Shown here in pieces: positions 19,156 through 27,003 of a DNA stretch of 64,000 nucleotides (its first letter is position 1; each line of letters begins with the position of its first letter). The DNA is from Candidatus Binatia bacterium (GTDB lineage Bacteria; Desulfobacterota; Binatia; UBA9968; JAJDTQ01), in contig OY762897.2 in assembly GCA_963666515.2 (NCBI GenBank), forward strand, positions 1,632,001-1,696,000. The letters are read 5' to 3'. The notes under the pieces are model-generated. The model ran no database searches, was not told where the DNA came from, and worked only from the letters and a program-made list of their open reading frames with translations. The translations under genes were made by a program, and so were the position numbers.

Positions 19156-20763
19156 TTAAGCGACGAGCTTCGCCTCATCGCAAATGGCATCGAGGTTCCT
19201 GGTGATGGCGGCAAAGCGCCGATGGGTCTTGGTATTGCCGCTCACGGCGTCGGGCGCAAGATGGGCCAGGCCGGGGCGAAGGATGCGGTTGTAGACACGC
19301 GTGTAGAACATCGCCACCTTGAGGCCGTGTTCGGTCAAGTGGTAGCGGTAGGCGCCGGGGATGCGCTCGATCAGGCCGTGCAGGCGCAGGCGTCTCAGGT
19401 CGTAACTCATTCGGCCCGGGCGCATTGGACTGGGATCGAGGCCCAGGAGTGCACCGAGGTGCCCGCGCAGGTCGCGGTTGGAGAAGCCGCGGGCCGAAAG
19501 AGTGAACAAGAGCAGGGCCTGCATCAGAGCCTGCACGCGCTCATCGGCGAAGCGCAGGGCCGAGGCGCGTTGTCCGTGGAACTCCAGGCCGCGTTGATGG
19601 CGTTGGAGTTCGTCTTCACCCAGGGCACAGTCGTGGCTGATGGTTTCTATCTGCAACAGACGACGGTTGGCTGTGAAGCCGACCTGGCACAACGCCGCCA
19701 GGTTAGACAGCCGCCGGCCCAGGGCGAAGTCATAGGTGTCGTTGACGGTGGTCTCGGTGCGCAGCGCCTGCCCTTCCTTGTGGTACTGCTTGATGCGCGA
19801 GTGCTTGTAGTCCACGTGCAAGGAAGGGGTGACGCCTGCGGTGATGACCCGGGTACGGAACCGACCGGGGGTGCGCCGGGTGACCCGGCGCTGGAAGATC
19901 AACTGCACCTGGCTGGGGCGACCGAGATCGAGGTTCTCGCGGATCACGTCCTCGAAAAAGACGCGGCCCGAGGCCGGGCGGTCGAGCACCTGGGTCAGGC
20001 TGAACTCCGCTTGCAGGATGGAGATGTCGTAGCGCAGACCGGCGCGACGGTCCTGAGGCGTATACGGATGCGGCAGGCGATCGAACCACTTGCGCGCCAG
20101 TCTGTCGATGAAAGCGGCATCGAAGCCTTCGCAGATCTGTTGCAGCGCCTCGGGGTCTCCGCAGCAGCGCACGCCGTTGTCCAAAGCCTCGAACGGGATG
20201 CCGCGCTCGCGCAACTGGCACTTGGCGTACTCGTTGCCGTTGAGGCACAGCTTGCCGTTGTACGGGAAGTAGGTGCAGAACTTGATGAAGAACGGCCCCG
20301 CCTGTTTGTCCACGCAATAGAAATACACATGGTTGACCATCGCGGTAGACGAGACCACCCACGGATAGGTGACCCCGGTGTCCGGGTTCCGGCGCCGCTC
20401 GGTGCGCATCACACGGGCCTTCTCCTGCGCTATCCCGATGTACAAAACCCCTTCGGTTCCCTTGAACCGCCCCAGGTACTCCTGCGTCACCTCGTCCTTG
20501 CGCTGGCCCTTCTTGAAGTGCACCACCTCGATCTGCTCCCGCTCCGCAAAGTCCTTCACCGCCTGCACGAACTCCCGACTCTTGGGCGCCAGCGCCACCG
20601 TCGACGCAAACCGCTGGCCATGGTGCTTGTGCAGATACCCCACTACCCCGCCCACGCTCTGCAACTGCGGCACATACAGGTTCAAGTACAGGCGATCCAC
20701 CGACTCGTATTCCAGCGTCACGTGATCGCGCAATACTTCCGCTACGGTTTGTGGTAGGCTCAT
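19156..20763 (-). CDS. Uncharacterised ~535-aa protein, putative Rep_trans-like tyrosine nuclease/transposase with C-terminal winged HTH
   Basis: SVDRLYLN, SILQAEF, IKQYHKEGQALRTE (Y-x-K...R-x-E); GFSNRDLR...SYDLRRLRLHGLIERIP..YRY wHTH; GGAG RBS before ATG 20763. Confidence 0.6.
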   Translation of the reverse strand: MSLPQTVAEVLRDHVTLEYESVDRLYLNLYVPQLQSVGGVVGYLHKHHGQRFASTVALAPKSREFVQAVKDFAEREQIEVVHFKKGQRKDEVTQEYLGRFKGTEGVLYIGIAQEKARVMRTERRRNPDTGVTYPWVVSSTAMVNHVYFYCVDKQAGPFFIKFCTYFPYNGKLCLNGNEYAKCQLRERGIPFEALDNGVRCCGDPEALQQICEGFDAAFIDRLARKWFDRLPHPYTPQDRRAGLRYDISILQAEFSLTQVLDRPASGRVFFEDVIRENLDLGRPSQVQLIFQRRVTRRTPGRFRTRVITAGVTPSLHVDYKHSRIKQYHKEGQALRTETTVNDTYDFALGRRLSNLAALCQVGFTANRRLLQIETISHDCALGEDELQRHQRGLEFHGQRASALRFADERVQALMQALLLFTLSARGFSNRDLRGHLGALLGLDPSPMRPGRMSYDLRRLRLHGLIERIPGAYRYHLTEHGLKVAMFYTRVYNRILRPGLAHLAPDAVSGNTKTHRRFAAITRNLDAICDEAKLVA

Positions 20764-20767
20764 GTCC

Positions 20768-20909
20768 GGCTCCGGTTGCTTCGGGCTTTTATGCCCATTT
20801 GACCCTTTGAGGTCCGACCTTGCAAGGTCCCATGACCAGGGATTCAATCCCTGCTACAAGCGACCGGAGCCAATCCCCTTACCCCCTCGTCGGTCTGAGG
20901 CGAAGCCTC
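20768..20909. promoter_or_regulatory. Multi-hairpin structured leader of the putative element
   Basis: 14-bp outer stem (20768-20781/20858-20871) enclosing four hairpins, plus terminal GAGGC-GAA-GCCTC. Confidence 0.6.
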
Positions 20910-20917
20910 GCTAGGAA

Positions 20918-21017
20918 ATGGCGTCCTTCGACTTCGCTTCGCTACGCTCAGGACGAACGGGAACAGGTTTCCAAACGTTCGTCCTGAGCGTAGCGAAGCG
21001 AAGTCGAAGGACGCCAT
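20918..21017. repeat. Perfect 42-bp inverted repeat (REP/MITE-like palindrome)
   Basis: ATGGCGTCCTTCGACTTCGCTTCGCTACGCTCAGGACGAACG (20918-20959), 16-nt loop, exact reverse complement (20976-21017). Confidence 0.85.
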
Positions 21018-21033
21018 CTACGCGGGAACGCAA

Positions 21034-21084
21034 ACCGGCCGGGACACGTGGATGGAGAAACCATGCCGGCGTGTCCCGGCCGGT
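21034..21084 (-). terminator. Hairpin downstream of tctC genes, probable terminator
   Basis: 15-bp stem ACCGGCCGGGACACG/CGTGTCCCGGCCGGT followed by TTGCGTT on the minus strand. Confidence 0.5.
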
Positions 21085-21118
21085 GGAGTATTCGCGGTGA
21101 CTCGAGAAAGCTCCGCTA

Positions 21119-22111
21119 CTACTTCTTCTGCAAGGCCTCCTTGAATATGGGCGCGTAGTGGTTGATCAGGCCGTAGAAGCCATCAAGCGTCTTGTTCCAG
21201 TCCTCACCCACGACCGGCGACATCTTGGCTTTCATCCTCTTGAACCTGGCGATGACCTCCGGATCCTTCAGCGCCGTCTCGAACGCCTTTTGCAGGATCA
21301 TCTGCCGGTCCTTGGGCATACCCGGCGGAGCGGTGGCCACGCGGTGTGAGGCGAGAACGCTGAGCTGCGGAAAACCCAGTTCCCCTACGGTGGGGACGTC
21401 GGGGTACCTGGGATCGCGCTTGTCCAGGTAGACCCACATGGGCCTCATGTTGCCGTCCTCCACGAACACCATCTGGCCCGGGGAATCCAGGCCCAGGGCC
21501 CTGGCGTGGCCCTCCCCTCTGACGATGCCCATGTTGGCCGCGGGAGCGCCCGGATAACCCAGGATGAACTTCGGATTGAACCCCATGACCTTGGCGGTCA
21601 ACAGGTTCGCGATCCATCCGGTGGCGCCTACCCCCGTGCCGGTGAGAAGGACCTCCTTGGCTTCCTGGAAGTCCTTGAGGTTTTGGAACTTGGTCTTGGC
21701 GCCCACCGCCCAGACGTAGGGGCCGGAGGATATCCGTCCGAGCCAGGAAAACTCCTTCAGCTTGTAGACCGGCTTGGGATCCGCGAACAGCTCGGAGACG
21801 ATGGCCCCGGGGATGTTGACGGTGCCGATGGTGTAGCCGTCTGGTTTGGCTTTCCACAGCAGGTTCCAGGAAATGGTTCCGCCGGCGCCCGGCCGGTTCC
21901 TGAGAATGACGTTCACGCCGAGGGCTTTCTTCAACCCGACGCTCACCGCCCGGCTGTGAAGATCGAACCCGCCCGCGGGTGCGTAGGGGATCAACCACGT
22001 GATGGTCTTGCCCTTCTCCGGCCAAGTCCCTTGAGCTGACGCATCCTGTGCGGGTACCGTCATCCCAAGGACGGCCAACAAAGAAAACACGCCGATCAGC
22101 TTACGCAACAT
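21119..22111 (-). CDS. Tripartite tricarboxylate transporter substrate-binding protein (TctC/Bug)
   Basis: Signal peptide, PYAPAGGFD, N.PGAGG, KPDGYT, PDVPT..E, APPGMP. Confidence 0.88.
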   Translation of the reverse strand: MLRKLIGVFSLLAVLGMTVPAQDASAQGTWPEKGKTITWLIPYAPAGGFDLHSRAVSVGLKKALGVNVILRNRPGAGGTISWNLLWKAKPDGYTIGTVNIPGAIVSELFADPKPVYKLKEFSWLGRISSGPYVWAVGAKTKFQNLKDFQEAKEVLLTGTGVGATGWIANLLTAKVMGFNPKFILGYPGAPAANMGIVRGEGHARALGLDSPGQMVFVEDGNMRPMWVYLDKRDPRYPDVPTVGELGFPQLSVLASHRVATAPPGMPKDRQMILQKAFETALKDPEVIARFKRMKAKMSPVVGEDWNKTLDGFYGLINHYAPIFKEALQKK

Positions 22112-22175
22112 CGAAAACCTCCTTGCCGGTTTGGTGCCTGTGCTCGCTTGTGTCCAGATGGTCCGTTCTCTTCCA

Positions 22176-23162
22176 CTACTTCTGCAGCGCCGCCTTGAAG
22201 ACGTCGCCATGCTCCTGAATCAGGCCATAGAAGTCCCCTAGCATCTTGTTCCAGTCCTCGCCCACCACCGGTTCTATGCGCGCCTTCATCTTGTTGAACC
22301 GGTCCAGCACTTCCGGGTCCCTGGTGGCCGCGTCGAACGCCTTCTGGAGCAGGGCCAGCCGGTCCTTGGGCATGCCCGGAGGAGCGGCCACCACCCGGTG
22401 GGAGGCAAGCACCGAAAGGCCCGGATAACCCAACTCTCCCACCGTCGGGACGTTGGGGAAGTCCGGATCGCGCTTGTCCAGGTAGACCCACATGGGCCTC
22501 ATGGTGCCGTCATGGATGAACGCCATCTGGCCCGGCGAGTCCAGGCCGAGGCCGCGGGCGTGACCCTCGCCTCTGACGATCGCCATGTTGGCGGCCGGGG
22601 CACTGGGGAAGCCCAGTATCTGCTTGATGTTGAACTTCATGACCCTACCGGTCAGGGTCGACGTGACCCACTCCGTGCCGCCGACCCCGGAGCCGGTGAC
22701 GAGGACTTCCTTGGCCTTCCGGAAGTCCTCAAGCGTCTTGAACGGCGTCTTCGCTCCCACCGCCCACATATACGGGGCGGCGGAGATTTGCCCGATCCAG
22801 GAGAACTCTTTCAGGCGGTACTCGGGGGTGGGTGTGCCGAACAGCTCGGAGACGATGGCGCCGGGGATGTTGACGGTGGTGATGGTGTAACCGTCGGGCT
22901 TGGCGCCCCAGGTGAGATTCCATGCGATATTCCCGCCCGCGCCGGGCCGGTTGCGGATGATGATGTTGACGCCGAGCGCCTTCTTCATGCCGATGATCAT
23001 GGCGCGGCTGTGGAGGTCGAACCCGCCGGCCGGACCGTAGGGAATCAGCCAAGTGATGGTCCTGCTCGGATACTTGTCCGCCGAGACGGCCGAACCCGAG
23101 AGGCCGAAGGCCAGCGCGATGATCCCGACCAGCAGTCCTGTCGCAATGCGTTTCGCTCGCAT
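22176..23162 (-). CDS. TctC/Bug substrate-binding protein, tandem paralogue
   Basis: Same motifs; extensive identity to 21119-22111. Confidence 0.88.
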   Translation of the reverse strand: MRAKRIATGLLVGIIALAFGLSGSAVSADKYPSRTITWLIPYGPAGGFDLHSRAMIIGMKKALGVNIIIRNRPGAGGNIAWNLTWGAKPDGYTITTVNIPGAIVSELFGTPTPEYRLKEFSWIGQISAAPYMWAVGAKTPFKTLEDFRKAKEVLVTGSGVGGTEWVTSTLTGRVMKFNIKQILGFPSAPAANMAIVRGEGHARGLGLDSPGQMAFIHDGTMRPMWVYLDKRDPDFPNVPTVGELGYPGLSVLASHRVVAAPPGMPKDRLALLQKAFDAATRDPEVLDRFNKMKARIEPVVGEDWNKMLGDFYGLIQEHGDVFKAALQK

Positions 23163-23236
23163 GGGGCACCTCCGAAGTTTCGTTGGCGTCGCCCCCGTAT
23201 GCCACAGGCGCGATGAGCCTGTCAACGAAAGCAGAA

Positions 23237-23860
23237 TCAGATGAGGCTCTTGAAGTAGCTCAGATCCCCCTGCCCTTCGCGCAGGATCTCAGTGGTGTCG
23301 TCCACCAGCGAGATCACGCTGGATGCCAGCACCGGAAGAGTCCCGCACTCCATGATGAGGTCCACCCGATGCCCGAAGATCCTCTCCAGGTCGGCCGGAT
23401 TGGTCACCACCTCTTCGTCGCTCTCGTTGGCGCTGGTGCTGACTACGGGACTGCCGAGCTGCTCCACCAGCGCCAGCGGCACCGGGTGATTCGGTATCCG
23501 GATGCCCACGGTCTTCTGCTTGGACTGGAACACCCGGGGCGTTTCCTTGGTGGCAGCGAGCACGAACGTGTAGGGTCCGGGAAGGAACCGCTTCAGGATG
23601 CGGTGCGCGAAGTTCGACACGTGGCCGTAACGGCTCACCTGGACCAGGTCCGAGCAGACGAACGACATGGGTTTGTTGGCGTCGCGCCCCTTGATGCGGC
23701 GGATGCGCTCCACCGCGGCCTTGCTGGTCACGTCGCAGCCCAGGCCGTAGATCGTGTCGGTGGGATAGACGATGACGCCGTCGCGCTTCAAAACATCGAC
23801 GGCGCGGTCCACGTGCCGTCCCTTAAGGTGGTGGGGGTCGATGCTTAGAGTGGTGGCCAT
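23237..23860 (-). CDS. L-threonylcarbamoyladenylate synthase family (YrdC/YciO/Sua5)
   Basis: YPTDTIYGLGC, K.R...KP, LPGPYT, GIRIP, STSAN. Confidence 0.9.
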   Translation of the reverse strand: MATTLSIDPHHLKGRHVDRAVDVLKRDGVIVYPTDTIYGLGCDVTSKAAVERIRRIKGRDANKPMSFVCSDLVQVSRYGHVSNFAHRILKRFLPGPYTFVLAATKETPRVFQSKQKTVGIRIPNHPVPLALVEQLGSPVVSTSANESDEEVVTNPADLERIFGHRVDLIMECGTLPVLASSVISLVDDTTEILREGQGDLSYFKSLI

Positions 23861-23869
23861 AGGAGTCTC

Positions 23870-24952
23870 TCAGGGCGAGGACACATCCGTGCGCCGGGTC
23901 ATGAACAGGTCCACCGGAAGCCGCGTGCCCAAGCTCCGCTTCCGGGCTTCCTCCAGCACCAGGTGGCCGATGGCGGCGAACTGGATGCCCATGCCGCAGT
24001 TGTTGTTGTGGTGGGTGATCTCCGAGGCGGTGGTGCGGCCGGCGATATTGCCGATGACCAGGTCGCCCAGCTCGTGGATCTGCTCCCAGCCGATGATGCC
24101 CTTCCTGATCGGCGACATCAGCTCGGGTTGCTCGTCGATCTCCACCTGCTCCTTGGAGTTCACCACGATGAGGTCGCAGTTCTCGATGGCGGCGTCGTCC
24201 AGCTCCCGGCGCTTGTCGAACCAGTCCGGGCCGATCATGGAGACGACGTGGGTGCCGGGCTCCAGCAGGTCACCGTCGAACACCGGATCGCCGGAGTTGG
24301 TGGCGGTCACCACGATGTCCGAGTCGTGGACCACGTCCTCGGGCCGCCGCACGGCCCGCGCCTTGACGCCGTAGCGCTCGGTCACTTCCCTGGCGAAGCG
24401 CTGTCGGTTCTCCTCCCGCAGCGAGAACACCTTCACCTCCCGGATCTTCCGCACCGCGCAAAAGGCCGACACCTGGCCGTGGGCCTGGGTGCCGCTGCCG
24501 AAGATGCCCAGCACTGAGGCGTCCTCCCGCGCCAGGTACTTGGCCGCAACCCCGCTGGTGGCTCCGACGCGCAACGCCGACAGGTAGTGGTCGTGGACGA
24601 TGCCCTTGAGAGCCCGCTCCTTGATGCTGAACAGCAGCACGAAGCCGGCAAAGTCCCCGGGGAACTCCATGCGGCTCGCGCCATCGACATTGCGGAACCG
24701 TATCTGCGACGAATCGAGCCGCACCGCGGCGGTATCGAAGGCCGGAACCGCCCCGGGAATGACGTTCAGCCAGTACCAGGTGCGCTCCAGGCCCTCCTGC
24801 GGCATGTGCAGCCGGCGCCGGGGCATCCCCTCGGCGATCTTCCGGCCCAACTCGCGGTACGCCGTCTCCACCGCCTCCACGATCTCCCCCATGTCGAGGA
24901 GACCCTCCATGTCCTCGTTGGTCAGGACCCGCACGTCCTCATCAGCCATCAT
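23870..24952 (-). CDS. Ornithine cyclodeaminase/mu-crystallin family protein
   Basis: LRVGATS..A.KYLAR, GIFGSG.QA, ATNS, G..QFAA. Confidence 0.85.
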   Translation of the reverse strand: MMADEDVRVLTNEDMEGLLDMGEIVEAVETAYRELGRKIAEGMPRRRLHMPQEGLERTWYWLNVIPGAVPAFDTAAVRLDSSQIRFRNVDGASRMEFPGDFAGFVLLFSIKERALKGIVHDHYLSALRVGATSGVAAKYLAREDASVLGIFGSGTQAHGQVSAFCAVRKIREVKVFSLREENRQRFAREVTERYGVKARAVRRPEDVVHDSDIVVTATNSGDPVFDGDLLEPGTHVVSMIGPDWFDKRRELDDAAIENCDLIVVNSKEQVEIDEQPELMSPIRKGIIGWEQIHELGDLVIGNIAGRTTASEITHHNNNCGMGIQFAAIGHLVLEEARKRSLGTRLPVDLFMTRRTDVSSP

Positions 24953-25154
24953 GAACCCCTTCCGTCCCGGTGTTTCCTGCCGCGCACGTCCCGCGTGGGC
25001 TTCGACGCGGCCCCTGTCGGTTCAACGACTTACGTAGACCGGTGGTCAGTCCCCGTCAAGTCGCGCCTTGCCGGCGGGGTTGCCATCGGTTCTTCCGAGC
25101 CCTTTGACTTCCCTTGCAAACGGCCCGTACCGGTATATAAATTTCAAGAGGACA

Positions 25155-26948
25155 ATGTTTCGACCCATGCGACCCATACTCACCCTCGCGGCAGCGGCGG
25201 CGCTCCTGATCTTCGCGGCGCCGGAACCGGCCCGTTCTCGCGACCTTGCGCTCGTCGAGCAACTGAAGAAGAACGCCGCCGAGTTCCGCTACGAGAACGG
25301 CAAGCCGGGAGGCGCGTTGACCTACTCGACGATCTCCGGTCCGAAGACCTTCAACCTCGCCATCTCGACGGAGACCTCCTCTACCGAGATCCTCAACTAC
25401 GTGTTCGAAGGGCTCGTCGAGACCTCATGGCTTACTGCGGAGGTAGAGCCGGCCCTGGCCGAACGCTGGGAGGCTTCCGAAGACGGGCTGGTCTGGACTT
25501 TCCACCTGCGCAGAGGGGTCCAGTGGGCAGACGGCGCGCCCTTCTCCGCCGATGACGTCGTCTTCACGTTCTCCAGGATCATCTACAACAACGACATCCC
25601 GGCCTCGGCCCGGCCCGGCCTGACCATCCGCTATCGCGACGACGCCACGCAGACCTGGAAAAAGGGCCGGCTCAAGGTCGAGAAGATCGACGCGCACACC
25701 GTGAAGTTCACCCTGCCGGCGCCGTTCGCGCCCTTCCTGCGGGGCATGTCCACCTCGATCTATCCCAGGCACATCCTGGAAAAACATGTGGACGACGGCA
25801 CTTTCACGTCCACCTGGGACGTGGGCACCAGGCCCGCCGACATCATCGGCACCGGACCCTTCACCATCGAGCGCTACGACGCGGGCGAGCGCATCGTCCT
25901 CAAGCGGAACCCGCGGTACTGGCAAAGGGACGCGGCGGGAACCCCCCTGCCCTACCTCGACCGGATCGTCTACCTGGTCGTGCCCAACCTGGCCACCTCG
26001 CTGCTGAAGTTCCAGGCCGGCGAGACCGATATCCTGCAGGTTACCGGGGAGCACTATCCGATCCTGAAACCGCAGGAGGCGGCAAAGGGCTTCACGCTGC
26101 ACAGGCGCGGGCCCAACTTCGGGACCACCTTCCTCGCCCTCAACATGAACCCCGGCAAGAATCCCAAGAACGATGCGCCGTTCGTCGATCCGGTCAAGCT
26201 GCGCTGGTTCCGCACGTTGGCCTTCAGAAAGGCGCTGGCCCACAGCATCGACAAGGACAGCATCATCGACAACGTCATGAACGGCCTCGGTTATCCCCAG
26301 TGGGCCGCGGTCAGTCCCTCGGCCGGCGACTTTCACAACCCGGCCGTCACCCGGTACCCGTACGACATCGCCAAGGCCAACGCCCTGCTCGACGGCCTGG
26401 GCTGGTTCGACGTGGACGGCGACGGCGTGCGGGAAGACGACGAGGGCAACCGCATCGTCTTCAACCTGTCGACCAACTCGGGCAATACGGTACGGGAACG
26501 GGTATGCACGATCATCAAGCAGGACTTGGCGAGAATCGGCATCCGGGTCAACCTGCGGTTTCTGGAGTTCAACACCCTGGTGTCCCAGCTCACCAGCACC
26601 TACGACTGGGAAGCCATCGTGATCGGCTTCACCGGCGGCGTGGAGCCTCACTACGGCATCAACTTCTGGCATTCCGGCGAACGGCTTCACCTGTGGTTCC
26701 CGAACCAGGAGGAACCCGCCACCGAGTGGGAACGGCGGATCGACGAGCTGTTCGTGAGCGGCAGCCGCGAGCTGGAGCATGACAAGCGCGTTGCCATCTA
26801 CCGTGAGTTCCAGCAGGTCGCGTCCGACAACGTCCCCGTCGTCTATACCGCGCTGGCCGAGCGTATTACGGCCCTGCGCAATCGCTTCGCCAATGTCACG
26901 CCGACCCTGTTCGAGCTGTTCGACGTAAGGCGGCTTCACTTGAAATGA
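25155..26948 (+). CDS. ABC transporter substrate-binding protein, family 5 (DppA/OppA-like)
   Basis: Signal peptide, PALAERWE.S.DG..WTFHLR.GV.W.DG, GTGPF. Confidence 0.9.
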   Translation: MFRPMRPILTLAAAAALLIFAAPEPARSRDLALVEQLKKNAAEFRYENGKPGGALTYSTISGPKTFNLAISTETSSTEILNYVFEGLVETSWLTAEVEPALAERWEASEDGLVWTFHLRRGVQWADGAPFSADDVVFTFSRIIYNNDIPASARPGLTIRYRDDATQTWKKGRLKVEKIDAHTVKFTLPAPFAPFLRGMSTSIYPRHILEKHVDDGTFTSTWDVGTRPADIIGTGPFTIERYDAGERIVLKRNPRYWQRDAAGTPLPYLDRIVYLVVPNLATSLLKFQAGETDILQVTGEHYPILKPQEAAKGFTLHRRGPNFGTTFLALNMNPGKNPKNDAPFVDPVKLRWFRTLAFRKALAHSIDKDSIIDNVMNGLGYPQWAAVSPSAGDFHNPAVTRYPYDIAKANALLDGLGWFDVDGDGVREDDEGNRIVFNLSTNSGNTVRERVCTIIKQDLARIGIRVNLRFLEFNTLVSQLTSTYDWEAIVIGFTGGVEPHYGINFWHSGERLHLWFPNQEEPATEWERRIDELFVSGSRELEHDKRVAIYREFQQVASDNVPVVYTALAERITALRNRFANVTPTLFELFDVRRLHLK

Positions 26949-27003
26949 CCCTGAACCCGTCCTGGTCGGCGATGGCGTTGCGGAGACCCCGGATGATGCG
27001 ACC

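Larger units (their letters stand above)
19044..20914 (-). mobile_element. Putative CTAG-bounded mobile element without terminal inverted repeats, with hairpin-rich ends
   Basis: CTAG at 19044-19047 and 20911-20914; single ORF; structured ends; lies 37 bp upstream of a Rieske gene start. Confidence 0.55.

Noticed and set aside
20764-20847. 28-aa N-terminal extension of the Rep-like ORF given by the track
   Set aside because: TTG start inside the structured leader; ATG 20763 has a GGAG RBS and begins the plausible domain
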